Shown here: positions 29,830 through 39,013 of the stretch, piece after piece
Position numbering within the stretch: the stretch's first letter is position 1
How the letters are laid out: each line of letters starts with the position of its first letter
Source: an uncultured Alphaproteobacteria bacterium
Lineage (GTDB): Bacteria > Pseudomonadota > Alphaproteobacteria > MPNO01 > UBA830
Reading direction: 5' to 3'
NCBI GenBank assembly: GCA_905479125.1
Contig: CAJQLI010000382.1
Span: 1 to 55,781, forward strand
Length of the DNA: 55,781 nucleotides
Notes under the pieces: generated by a model
Databases searched by the model: none
Told to the model about the DNA's origin: nothing
Seen by the model: only the letters and a program-made list of their open reading frames with translations
Position numbers and translations under genes: made by a program

Positions 29830-30420
29830 ATGAGCAATATGAGACAGATTACCCGGGAAGATATTCTCCCCTTCGAAGATTATGCTTCGACCCGCCGAGA
29901 GCGGAAAAAAGCCCTGATGTCGGTTAAGAAAGACCGGCGTATGGAGGTCGGCCCGCACGCGACGTTCTATTTTGAAAACTATGAGACGATGTGGAACCAG
30001 ATCCACGAAATGCTTTATATCGAGCGCGGGGGCGAAGAGCAGATACCCGATGAACTCGCCGCCTATAATCCGCTTATTCCCCAGGGCCGCGAACTTGTTG
30101 CGACGATTATGTTCGAGATCGGTGACCCTGATCGGCGTGCGAAAGTTCTCGCTACCCTCGGCGGTGTGGAAGAGACCGTTTTCATCAATGTCGGCGGCGA
30201 AAAGATTATGGGTGTTGCTGAAGTCGACGTCGACCGCACAACAGAGGACGGAAAGGCTTCATCGGTTCAGTTCGTTCACTTTCCGTTTACGGATGCCCAG
30301 GTGGCCGCATTCCGATCGGCAGATGTCGAGGTTACGGTCGGTTTCGGCCACGAAAGTTATGCTCACAATGCGGGTGTATCACCGGCGGTGAGGGCGGCCC
30401 TTGCGGGCGATTTTGACTGA
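29830..30420 (+). CDS. DUF3501-like protein of unknown function
   Basis: MSNMRQITREDILPFEDYASTRRERKKALMSVKKDRRMEVGPHATFYFENYETMWNQIHEMLYIERG matches my memory of DUF3501. The ATG lies 1 nt after the preceding stop codon. The track ORF start at 29659 overlaps the Fe-S gene. Confidence 0.6.
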   Translation: MSNMRQITREDILPFEDYASTRRERKKALMSVKKDRRMEVGPHATFYFENYETMWNQIHEMLYIERGGEEQIPDELAAYNPLIPQGRELVATIMFEIGDPDRRAKVLATLGGVEETVFINVGGEKIMGVAEVDVDRTTEDGKASSVQFVHFPFTDAQVAAFRSADVEVTVGFGHESYAHNAGVSPAVRAALAGDFD

Positions 30421-30571
30421 ATTTCAGTCATTATTACCTGACCTCTGCGGTTTTGTTCTACAAGCGCATACGAATTATTAATATGTCACCACTATCTTAT
30501 GGCTCCTAGACGCAACGGGTTCTGCAACCTCAGGCAGTATCCTGTGGCAGAACGAACAGGAGTAATCTGCT

Positions 30572-30877
30572 ATGGCGAACGAAATGAACGTTCATGGTGA
30601 CCACGTCGAAATCACGCTTTCCGGTGAATTGACGTTTTCGAGCTATAAAGAATTTCAGGAAGTTATGAAGTCAGCAACGGATGCGGGCAAAAAATCCTGC
30701 ATTATCGATCTTTCGGCACTCAGTTCGATCGATTCCGCTGGTATCGGTATGCTCCTGTTTGCGAATGACGAGACCAAGCAGACAAATATCGATCTGTCTC
30801 TGCGCGGCCCCCAGGGACCGGTCAAAACGGTTCTCGAACACACCAAGATCAACGAAGTTATCCCGATCGTCGCCTGA
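30572..30877 (+). CDS. STAS-domain anti-sigma-factor antagonist (SpoIIAA/RsbV-like)
   Basis: The 101-aa product has IDLSALSSIDSAGIGMLL, with the conserved phosphorylatable Ser context. AGGAG lies upstream. Confidence 0.8.
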   Translation: MANEMNVHGDHVEITLSGELTFSSYKEFQEVMKSATDAGKKSCIIDLSALSSIDSAGIGMLLFANDETKQTNIDLSLRGPQGPVKTVLEHTKINEVIPIVA

Positions 30878-30923
30878 TTGACGTCTGATTGATCTTTGGG
30901 CGATTCACGGAGATTTCCGTGGA

Positions 30924-32207
30924 TTGCATCTTGAAGCGAGCAAGAACGCCCTTGCCCGGTATGGGTGTGTCCGCACTATGAACTTCATTCAGTCCCAGGC
31001 CGGCTCCCCGGTCGAAGATCCTGTGCGCGCGGCTGCCGACCTGGACGCGGTCATGCGCGATTCCCGGATTCTGGTTGTCGACGACCAGAAAATGGTCCGG
31101 GAACTTCTGAAAATCTATCTCACGAATGGCGGTTACGAAAACCTGCTATTTGCCGGCGACGGGGATGAAGCTCTCGACATGATCGCTGCAGAGGATCCGG
31201 ACCTTGTCGTCCTCGATCTGCAGATGCCCCGGATGAACGGGCTGGATGTCTGCAAGGCACTGCGTGCCGACCCGAAATATGAACTCCTGCCGGTTCTGGT
31301 ACAGACGGCGGCGGATTCCGCGAAGGATCGGGCCGAGATTTTCCAGTCGGGTGCGACTGACATGGTCGGCAAACCGATCAACGACGCGGAGCTGCTGGCC
31401 CGGGTCGGCATTCATCTTCAGAACCGGCATATGCTCAACCAGCTTTCGCTCTATCGTGAAAAAATGGAACGTGACCTTCAGCAGGCGCGGGACATGCAAC
31501 ACCAGATCATGCCTGGCGCACGGGCATTGTCCGGTTTGCAGGAACAATACGATATAGAGATCAAAAGCCATTTCCAGACCTGCGATGAGCTCGGCGGGGA
31601 TATGTGGAATGTCTGGCCGGTTGACGAGGCCCGGATGGGTTTCAGTATCATAGATTTTACCGGCCACGGGGTTGTTGCGTCCCTCAACACGTTCCGCTTC
31701 CAGTCCCTGGTTGCGACGAGTACTTTCGACCCCGAACGTCAGATCGAATACGTAGAGACGATAAATAGAAAGCTGCATCGCATGTTGCCCAGCGGCCAGT
31801 TCGCGACGGCAATCGGCGGATACATTGATCTATCCAGTGACGTCATACGCTATACGGCAGCGGCCGGCCCAAAGCCGTTTCTCATCTCGCCGGCATATCC
31901 GGATGGTGCGTTTCTGAAATCCGCTGGCCGACCGCTCGGTATGACGGGTGATTCATCATATGAAGAATATGAAGAGGCTTTCCCGCCTGGCAGCTCGCTG
32001 TTCCTGTATAGCGACGCGCTGACCGAGACGCCGGATATGATAAACCCGATCTATGATGACGACCGTATGCGGGCGGCGCTGACCGGCAAAATCGACCCGT
32101 CGGGTCATCCTTTCGATGTGATCCTTGCGGATTTCTTTGACCAGGCGAGAGAGCCCCTGAACGACGATCTGACAATGATTATGCTGACGCGGCCTGGAAA
32201 GTCCTGA
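30924..32207 (+). CDS. Response-regulator receiver fused to a PP2C/SpoIIE phosphatase (RsbU-like)
   Basis: REC domain (ILVVDDQKM...LVVLDLQMPRMNG...DMVGKPI) followed by a SpoIIE-type domain (GGDMWNVW...IDFTGHGV...SDALTE...DDLTMIML). The start is TTG 30924 or ATG 30978. Confidence 0.8.
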   Translation: MHLEASKNALARYGCVRTMNFIQSQAGSPVEDPVRAAADLDAVMRDSRILVVDDQKMVRELLKIYLTNGGYENLLFAGDGDEALDMIAAEDPDLVVLDLQMPRMNGLDVCKALRADPKYELLPVLVQTAADSAKDRAEIFQSGATDMVGKPINDAELLARVGIHLQNRHMLNQLSLYREKMERDLQQARDMQHQIMPGARALSGLQEQYDIEIKSHFQTCDELGGDMWNVWPVDEARMGFSIIDFTGHGVVASLNTFRFQSLVATSTFDPERQIEYVETINRKLHRMLPSGQFATAIGGYIDLSSDVIRYTAAAGPKPFLISPAYPDGAFLKSAGRPLGMTGDSSYEEYEEAFPPGSSLFLYSDALTETPDMINPIYDDDRMRAALTGKIDPSGHPFDVILADFFDQAREPLNDDLTMIMLTRPGKS

Positions 32208-32209
32208 AC

Positions 32210-32884
32210 ATGAACCGGCGCAGGCATCTCTCCACACAAAACGATGCCGCGCAACCGGCTTTGCCGCCAGCAGGCGTGCCGAACCATGACGCGCTGCCAC
32301 TTCCGGGTTGTGTCATGCACAAGGCCCCCCATGTAGACGCGCTGGCCTGGCTATCCCGCACATTGCGTTGCGTCGAAGAGGTGGCGCCGCCGCCATACCA
32401 GCATTTCAAGGATTTTCATGCGACGCTCAAGGTTCAAACCTTTGACGATATCGACCAGTGCATAAAGATTGCCACGACAGTGCTGGCGCTTGCGCCATTG
32501 GCGACAACTGGCTTGCGGGAGCTGGTCGTCAATGCAGTCGAGCACGGTAATCTGGAGATCGATTTCGATCAGAAGTCTGAATTGCTCGCTACCGGCAAAT
32601 GGCAGGATGAAATTGAAAGCCGTCTTGCCAATGCTGCATTCTGTGACCGCATTGCATCGGTAGAATTGATGCGCGATGATTCCACTTTCACAATCCGGGT
32701 CACCGATCAGGGTCCCGGTTTCGATTGGCGCAAACATCTCGACCCCGATACGGCGCCCCGGCATATGCTCCATGGCAGGGGTATGTCGCTCGCAATGGGC
32801 GCAGGGCTTGGGGATATCCAGTATGACGGTTCGGGTAATCGGGTCACTATCCGGGGCGTCTCTGATCCCGATCAGCAAACCTGA
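32210..32884 (+). CDS. HATPase_c-type anti-sigma-like serine kinase (RsbW/SpoIIAB-like) with an N-terminal extension of about 80 aa
   Basis: N-box ELVVNAVEHGN and G-boxes VTDQGPGFD and HGRGMSL. The start lies 2 nt after the phosphatase stop. Confidence 0.65.
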   Translation: MNRRRHLSTQNDAAQPALPPAGVPNHDALPLPGCVMHKAPHVDALAWLSRTLRCVEEVAPPPYQHFKDFHATLKVQTFDDIDQCIKIATTVLALAPLATTGLRELVVNAVEHGNLEIDFDQKSELLATGKWQDEIESRLANAAFCDRIASVELMRDDSTFTIRVTDQGPGFDWRKHLDPDTAPRHMLHGRGMSLAMGAGLGDIQYDGSGNRVTIRGVSDPDQQT

Positions 32885-33058
32885 ACCTACCGTTCCCTGA
32901 TTATTTCTCGACGCACAGCCATTCAGGCTGCGCCTTAAAAATTTCTATGTGATTTGTTCGGCGACGCCGCAGAAGGCTGCCTGCTGAAGGCCGCGGGCGA
33001 TTGCAATCCGTGTCCCGTCCGCTGCCGCTTTTGGCCGGTTACGGCCTGGGAAAGCTCA

Positions 33059-34894
33059 TCATGCTGCGTCTCTGTCTTCGGTTGCTGCTTCTTCCTCATC
33101 GCCACCGACGAGCTCTTCGAACGATTTGACCTCAGAGATGAAGCGTTTCAGCACCTCGTCCAGTTCCCGTGTCTGGGTGGAGAGACCTTCCGCGGACTGA
33201 TTCAGTTCCTCGACGGTCGTATTGGTCTGGTCGGCTGCCGTATTCACCATCGCGATGTTTTCGGACACCTGGCGTGTTCCGTTGGCGGCATTGCTCGCAC
33301 TCTGGGCGATTTCCGCGGTTGCCTGTTTTTGCTGCGTGACCGCCTGCGAAATGGCTTCTGTGCTGTTCGCGACCTTGTTGATCGTGGTGCTGATCTCGCC
33401 GATGGCCTGCACGGCGACGCTGGTCGCGTTCTGGATTTCGCTTACCTGTTCTGAAATTTCCTCAGTCGCCTTGGCGGTCTGATCGGCGAGCGATTTAACC
33501 TCGGTTGCAACAACGGCGAACCCTTTGCCGGCTTCGCCTGCACGGGCAGCCTCAATCGTGGCGTTCAGCGCCAGCAGGTTTGTCTGGCTGGCGATGTCGT
33601 TGATCAGACCGACAACTTCGCCGATTTTCTGTGCTGCTTCGTCAAGCACGATGACGCCGTCATTCGCCCGCTTGGCTTCTTCTACCGCGGTCGCGGCGAC
33701 GGCAGCGCTTTCGGTAACGATCGTGCTGATTTCATCGCCGGATGATGATAGCTCTTCCGCGGCTGCGGCCACGGTGTCGACGTTGGATGATGCATCGCCG
33801 GACGCTTTCGAAACCGCAGCGGCGCTGTTATAGGTGTTATCGGCGTTCGATTTGATGGTTGAGCCGTTATTGCGGACGTTCTCGAGCGATTCCACAAGAT
33901 GTTTCATGTAAGCTGAAATCCGGTGTTCGTAGGCCCGTGATACGAGTCTCATAAAGACCGCCTTGTCTTCGGCTTTCTCGGTCTGTTTTTCCAACTCGGC
34001 CCGCTGTATCGCGTCGTTTTCGGCCCGTTCGTCGGCTGCGCGCTTTTGTTCGGCCGCGGCGTGCTGTTCGGCCTCGCGCGACTGTGCTTCAAGACGTTTG
34101 TTTTCCCGCAGCTTCTCCTTGAAGACCTGTAGCGAGGCGGAGATTCTGCCGATCTCGTCGCGCCGGCCCTGGAACGGAACGTCAGTATCCAGCTCGCCTT
34201 GTGCGAGATGGTCCATTGAATCGGTGATGTTAATGATTGGTTTGCTGAGGACCCGGCGAATGAAGGTGGTCAGCAAACCGACAACCGACAGCAAAACGAT
34301 GACGGCGATGATGAGAGAACGGATTGCAGCCGCCTGTGCGTCGGCGTTGATCTGTTCAAGCGTCCAGGCCGTTGCGACAGTTCCGATGAACTTGTTGCTT
34401 TTGCCCGATGTTACCGGAAAGATCGCGATGATGTGGCTTTCCGTGATTTTAACAATACCGTCTTTCGCGGTCTCTGCCGTCAGGGCGCTGCCGGACAGGT
34501 CATAGGATTTCAGTTCCTTCGATGTGAAACTGTTGACGGTTTTGCCGTCGGCTGAAAACGCTGTGAATCCGGCGAATCCAGAACTTCTGTCACCGGCAAA
34601 TTTGGCGTAAGACGCTGAAATTACGTCAGATTTTTTCCACCGGAGCGCACCCGATATCTGAGAGGCCAGTAGCGAGGCGATCGAGGATGCGCCGGCCGAG
34701 GCCTGCTGAAGGACCCGATCCTGGGCGGAGGAGTAGAGAATGGTGGTTTGTACCCCGATACCAACGGCGACGGCGACGGCGATAATCGCCGCCGCCTTTC
34801 GCCCGATGGTCCAGATAGTACCGGTCTTTTTCCCGTTCTCAGCCGCGCCCTGTGCTGAGGGTGCATTCAAATCGTTGGCAGTGTCGCTTGTCAT
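33059..34894 (-). CDS. Methyl-accepting chemotaxis protein (two TM helices, small periplasmic domain, HAMP, MA domain)
   Basis: [37 protein letters not shown] is the signalling hairpin. A HAMP domain follows TM2. Confidence 0.9.
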   Translation of the reverse strand: MTSDTANDLNAPSAQGAAENGKKTGTIWTIGRKAAAIIAVAVAVGIGVQTTILYSSAQDRVLQQASAGASSIASLLASQISGALRWKKSDVISASYAKFAGDRSSGFAGFTAFSADGKTVNSFTSKELKSYDLSGSALTAETAKDGIVKITESHIIAIFPVTSGKSNKFIGTVATAWTLEQINADAQAAAIRSLIIAVIVLLSVVGLLTTFIRRVLSKPIINITDSMDHLAQGELDTDVPFQGRRDEIGRISASLQVFKEKLRENKRLEAQSREAEQHAAAEQKRAADERAENDAIQRAELEKQTEKAEDKAVFMRLVSRAYEHRISAYMKHLVESLENVRNNGSTIKSNADNTYNSAAAVSKASGDASSNVDTVAAAAEELSSSGDEISTIVTESAAVAATAVEEAKRANDGVIVLDEAAQKIGEVVGLINDIASQTNLLALNATIEAARAGEAGKGFAVVATEVKSLADQTAKATEEISEQVSEIQNATSVAVQAIGEISTTINKVANSTEAISQAVTQQKQATAEIAQSASNAANGTRQVSENIAMVNTAADQTNTTVEELNQSAEGLSTQTRELDEVLKRFISEVKSFEELVGGDEEEAATEDRDAA

Positions 34895-34957
34895 TGAACA
34901 GTCTTCCGTCTGAGAAGGTTTGTTACCGGGGGTCTTACGGGTTTTCGCGGGCGCGTC

Positions 34958-35551
34958 TTATTCGACGAGCATTTCCACGTTCACACCGACGGTAATGGCG
35001 CCGATGGCTTTGCCGGTGGCGGGGTCGGTAATCGTCATACTGAGCTGGGACTGCAGCGCCTGGGACGATTCGTCTGTGCTTACCTTGCCGACATGGACCG
35101 TTTTCGGCCCCATGCTGTAGGTTTTCTGCCATTTGGCTTCGTCGCCCTGCCAGTAATCCGACGTGACGTCGCTCTGGCCGACATTCAGGCCCTTGTTATC
35201 CATGACAAAGATTTCCGTATACAGCCCGTCAGACTCGGCTTTGACCTTCTTCAGATAGGCCGACAGTTCATTGCCGAGAACAGCCTTGGTCATGTCACCG
35301 CCGCTTGATTTGACTTCGGCGCGCCAGGCTTTGTCCATCTTGATGATCTGGTCCTGGGTGAGCGACGCGTGTTTGCCGTTCTGGGCGTTGAGCGCGGCGA
35401 CAACCACCGGATTGGCAGCCCAACCGGCGACCTTGCTGGATGCCAGCTGTTTCATCGGGGCGACATGTTCGTCCTCTGCGGAGGCCGGTCCGGCAACGAG
35501 CGCCGTCAGGGCGATTGCCGTCATCGTGCTTTTGATAATTGAGAGTTTCAT
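34958..35551 (-). CDS. Secreted stand-alone Cache/PDC-like sensor-domain protein
   Basis: Signal peptide MKLSIIKSTMTAIALTALVAGPASA. FVMDNKGLNVGQSDVTSDYWQGDEAKW resembles the Cache-domain aromatic motif. There is no TM or output domain. It sits 63 nt upstream of the MCP on the same strand. Confidence 0.5.
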   Translation of the reverse strand: MKLSIIKSTMTAIALTALVAGPASAEDEHVAPMKQLASSKVAGWAANPVVVAALNAQNGKHASLTQDQIIKMDKAWRAEVKSSGGDMTKAVLGNELSAYLKKVKAESDGLYTEIFVMDNKGLNVGQSDVTSDYWQGDEAKWQKTYSMGPKTVHVGKVSTDESSQALQSQLSMTITDPATGKAIGAITVGVNVEMLVE

Positions 35552-35689
35552 CGGGGATTCCTCTGGTTTCTATAAGATATCCCGCAAGAATCTTGCTGCG
35601 GCATACCGAGACACCGTCGGTAATACAGGTGAATTATTTAAAATTGGATAATTTGCGGGGAATCCACACGTCCAGCATGCATGCGGACG

Positions 35690-36223
35690 TCAGTCGAGCC
35701 GTTCGTTCCCGTATACGCCCCAGAAATGGGTACGCCGCATCCAGCCGCGTTTTTTGCCGATCTCGATACGGCACCAGTCGCCTTCGCATTCAAGTATGCG
35801 GGCTACGACCTTCTCCATAACGCGGGCTGTAAGCTTTGCACTTGCGGCGGGTTCTCGCCGTAACGGCTGAATACCGCCCGTAACGATTGCTGTCCGCTTG
35901 CCCGAAAGCATCGAGCGATGTACCCAGCCTTCGGTGCCCTGAAAATCACGGACTTTCCGCCAGTTTTCGAATTCTGCGACGATCTCGATCGGCAGGTTGC
36001 GCTGAACGAAGATCCAGTCGACCGGATATCGGACGCCGGGCCCGGTCCGCAGGTGCACTTTATTGGCGCGCAGCGATGCGAAGCGGGGCAGTGGCAATCC
36101 CGTATCGGCAATGGCAACCAGAGGGGTTGCCATAAGCAGGGCGGTCGCTGCGACAAAAGCGATTACGATCATCAGGGGCCGGAACATGGCGGCAGTATAA
36201 ACCGGTGCGGTGAATCGCTCCAT
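35690..36223 (-). CDS. Bacterial SH3-domain protein (DUF1058-like), membrane-anchored or secreted
   Basis: LPLPRFASLRANKVHLRTGPGVRYPVDWIF...NWRKVRDFQGTEGWVH... plus a second SH3-like half. Start uncertain (36271, 36223 or 36187). Confidence 0.65.
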   Translation of the reverse strand: MERFTAPVYTAAMFRPLMIVIAFVAATALLMATPLVAIADTGLPLPRFASLRANKVHLRTGPGVRYPVDWIFVQRNLPIEIVAEFENWRKVRDFQGTEGWVHRSMLSGKRTAIVTGGIQPLRREPAASAKLTARVMEKVVARILECEGDWCRIEIGKKRGWMRRTHFWGVYGNERLD

Positions 36224-36365
36224 GTCTTCGGTGTTTCTCCGTTTTTGGCATGTGGATTGCTCGCGGGCCATGGTCCTGCAACATGTCTGGACAACTGCAC
36301 TTGGCCCTGATACGCCAGAGATAATAATTGCCGAGAGACAACAAATTCAGGGAGACGGGCTGAAG

Positions 36366-37346
36366 ATGCCCCAACGGAAACCGGTCGTCATCGTCACCCG
36401 GACGCTGCCACGTGACGTGGAAACGCGGATGATGGAGCTGTTTGAAGCGCGTCTGAACGCCAGCGACAAGCCGATGACGGCTGATGAAATCGTGGCGGCT
36501 GCCGAGGGCGCGAATGTGCTGGTCCCGACGGTAACGGACAAGATCGATGCCGCCCTGATCGCCCGCTTGCCGGACTCGATCGAGCTGATCGCTAATTTCG
36601 GTGTCGGCGTAAACCACATCGACCTCGAAGCCGCAAATGCCCGAAAGATCGTGGTCACCAACACCCCGGGCGTGCTGACGGATGATACCGCTGATATGAC
36701 GGCATGCCTGTTGCTTGCCGCACCCCGCCGCCTGACAGAGGGCGACCGGTTGGTCCGTTCAGGCAAATGGGAAGGCTGGTCGCCGACATTCATGATAGGG
36801 CATCGGATTTCCGGCAAGCGCCTCGGCATTATCGGTATGGGCCGGATCGGTCAGGCCGTGGCCCGCCGCGTTAAAGGGTTCGGCATGACCGTGCATTACC
36901 ATAACCGGCGTCGTCTGCATGAAGAGATCGAATCCGAGCTGGAGGCGACATACTGGGAAAGCCTGGACCAGATGCTGGCCCATATGGACTTCATTTCCAT
37001 CAACTGCCCGCATACCAAGGATACCCATCACCTGCTGAATGAAGAGCGTCTGAATCTGCTCAAGCCGCACGCCTTCGTGGTCAATACGGCGCGCGGTGAG
37101 ATCATCGACGAGGCCGCCCTTGCGCGGATGCTGGCGGAAAACAAGATCGCAGGCGCCGGTCTTGATGTTTACGAGCGCGAGCCGGAGATTGAACCGGCAT
37201 TGCTCGAGCTGGATAACGTGGTGCTGGCACCGCATCTCGGTTCGGCGACCCATGAAGGGCGCATCGCGATGGGCGAGAAGGTGATTGTTAATATCCGCAG
37301 CTTCGTCGATCAGCACAATCCGCGGGATCGGGTCTACGAGGTCTGA
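36366..37346 (+). CDS. D-isomer-specific 2-hydroxyacid dehydrogenase (glyoxylate/hydroxypyruvate reductase type)
   Basis: GKRLGIIGMGRIGQAVARR is the NAD-binding motif. VVNTARGEIIDE and PHLGSAT carry the catalytic residues. Confidence 0.85.
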   Translation: MPQRKPVVIVTRTLPRDVETRMMELFEARLNASDKPMTADEIVAAAEGANVLVPTVTDKIDAALIARLPDSIELIANFGVGVNHIDLEAANARKIVVTNTPGVLTDDTADMTACLLLAAPRRLTEGDRLVRSGKWEGWSPTFMIGHRISGKRLGIIGMGRIGQAVARRVKGFGMTVHYHNRRRLHEEIESELEATYWESLDQMLAHMDFISINCPHTKDTHHLLNEERLNLLKPHAFVVNTARGEIIDEAALARMLAENKIAGAGLDVYEREPEIEPALLELDNVVLAPHLGSATHEGRIAMGEKVIVNIRSFVDQHNPRDRVYEV

Positions 37347-37370
37347 CCTGGCGGTTTCCGTCTCTGGTTT

Positions 37371-37757
37371 TCAGACGTAAAGCATCGCCCCGTTTTCCGA
37401 TGCGTCGGATAAAAAACTCACCGCGCTGCCCTCGGTAATCTGGATATCGTCCCGTAGATCGCCCCGGCCGAGTTTCTCGGCGCGCAGCCCCAGTTCACAG
37501 ACCATGAAGGTTGCGTCCAGTTCGCTGCAGGCGGCCAGTAACTCTTCGAATGTCGCAAGCCCGTCCGCGGCAAATGCGGTCTCGCGGGAATTGTCCGCCC
37601 AGCCTGCTGTCAACGCGCGGGTCGCCGCCATGGTGAAAAACAGCGTGACCGGTTTTCCCACGGCGAGGGCCGCACTCGCCATCACCAGCGCATAGTGCAC
37701 GCGGTCGTAATCGCCGGACTGGATAATCAGGGAAAGTTTATCGGGTGATGCCATCAC
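37371..37757 (-). CDS. DsrE/DsrF-like (COG2210-type) small protein
   Basis: KLSLIIQSGDYDRVHYALVMASAALAVGKPVTLFFTMAATRAL...FMVCELG is a DsrE-fold pattern. Its ATG overlaps the moeB stop (ATGA). Confidence 0.55.
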   Translation of the reverse strand: MMASPDKLSLIIQSGDYDRVHYALVMASAALAVGKPVTLFFTMAATRALTAGWADNSRETAFAADGLATFEELLAACSELDATFMVCELGLRAEKLGRGDLRDDIQITEGSAVSFLSDASENGAMLYV

Positions 37758-38548
37758 GCGGCGTGGGCCGATAGATCGGTGATCGACGGGGTATCACCGC
37801 AAAGCGGGCAGGTAGGGTCCCGGGACAGTTTCATCTTCTGCGTGTCGCTCGACAATGCATCGTAGATTATCAGCCAACCGGCGAGACTGTCGCCGATTCC
37901 CATGATCTCCTTCAGGACTTCAATCGCCTGTAGCGAGCCGACGGCACCGGCCAGCGCGCCCAGCACACCGCCTTCGGAACAGCTCGGCACAAGACCTGGT
38001 GGCGGTGCTTCCCGATACAGGCACCGGTAACAGGGGTCGCCCTGTCCGCGCCCCGACCGGAAGGTCGCGATCTGGCCTTCGAATCTAAGGATTGCGGCGG
38101 AAACAAGGGTTTTGCCGGCCAGGTGACAGGCGTCATTGACCAGGAAGCGGGTTTCGAAATTGTCGCTACCATCGGCGACAAGGTCGTATGAGTCTATCAG
38201 GCTATCGACATTCCCGGCGGTAAGGCGGACCGGATGCGGCACAAACGAGATTTCCGGATTGATCTCTGCGACAGTCCTGCCGGCGCTTTCAACCTTCGCC
38301 ATCCCGATGTCGCCGGTCCCGTGAATAACCTGGCGCTGGAGGTTGGACAGGTCGACTGAATCGTCATCGACGACACCAAGCGTGCCGACGCCCGCGGCGG
38401 CCAGATACATCAGTAAAGGTGCACCGAGCCCGCCCGCGCCGATAACAAGAACGCGCGCATTCAGCAGTTTTTCCTGGCCGATGCCGCCGACTTCAGGCAG
38501 CACGATATGGCGCGCATAGCGCTGGATCTGGTCTTCGGTGAAATCCAT
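37754..38548 (-). CDS. moeB: ThiF/MoeB-family adenylyltransferase (molybdopterin-synthase adenylyltransferase type, no rhodanese domain)
   Basis: RYARHIVLPEVGGIGQEKLLNARVLVIGAGGLGAP...DLSNLQRQ, and CxxC pairs (CYRC, CPLC). Confidence 0.8.
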   Translation of the reverse strand: MDFTEDQIQRYARHIVLPEVGGIGQEKLLNARVLVIGAGGLGAPLLMYLAAAGVGTLGVVDDDSVDLSNLQRQVIHGTGDIGMAKVESAGRTVAEINPEISFVPHPVRLTAGNVDSLIDSYDLVADGSDNFETRFLVNDACHLAGKTLVSAAILRFEGQIATFRSGRGQGDPCYRCLYREAPPPGLVPSCSEGGVLGALAGAVGSLQAIEVLKEIMGIGDSLAGWLIIYDALSSDTQKMKLSRDPTCPLCGDTPSITDLSAHAA

Positions 38549-38563
38549 GCGCGTTGCGCTTCG

Positions 38564-39013
38564 TCAGGTGCCGGTGGAGCCGAAGCCGCCGCTGCCGCGC
38601 TCGGTTTCGCTCAGGGAATCGACTTCGGTAAAGCTGGCCTGGGTAACGGGTGCGATGACCATCTGTGCAATACGCATACCGCGTTCGATCTCGAAGGAGT
38701 CTTCGCCGAGATTGACCAGGATCACTTTCACTTCACCACGATAGTCGGCATCGATGGTGCCTGGCGTGTTCAGTACCGTCACGCCGTTTTTCGCCGCGAG
38801 CCCGGACCGGGGTCTGACCTGCGCTTCAAAGCCGGCCGGCAGCGCTATTGCGAGACCGGTCGGCACCATGGCGCGCTTGCCCGGCGCCAGCGTCATCGGC
38901 GCGTCTATTGCGGCGGCCAGGTCCATACCTGCGGATTGTGCAGTCTCGTAGGCGGGCAGGGGCAGGTCCGCATTATGCGGTAAACGGGTAACGGCAATCT
39001 CGACCTGCGTCAT
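38564..39013 (-). CDS. dut: dUTP diphosphatase
   Basis: SAGMDL..., [26 protein letters not shown] and [10 protein letters not shown] motifs. Confidence 0.9.
   Translation of the reverse strand: MTQVEIAVTRLPHNADLPLPAYETAQSAGMDLAAAIDAPMTLAPGKRAMVPTGLAIALPAGFEAQVRPRSGLAAKNGVTVLNTPGTIDADYRGEVKVILVNLGEDSFEIERGMRIAQMVIAPVTQASFTEVDSLSETERGSGGFGSTGT

Noticed and set aside
30500-30560. A sigma-54-like TGGC...GC element and a 7-bp inverted repeat (GTTCTGC/GCAGAAC) upstream of the STAS gene.
   Set aside because: The GG-to-GC spacing is 9 rather than 10 nt and there is no TTGC element. The inverted repeat alone is too short to interpret.
32999-33008. A perfect 10-bp palindrome GATTGCAATC, which might be a Mur/Fur-like operator.
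   Set aside because: About 50 perfect 10-bp palindromes are expected by chance in a window this size. It also lies between convergent gene ends, not in a promoter.
32954-33454. A 166-aa plus-strand ORF starting in the gap between the anti-sigma-like kinase and the MCP.
   Set aside because: Most of it is antisense to the 3' end of the MCP gene. It is Cys/Phe/Leu-rich with no motif, and the convergent gene ends explain the gap.
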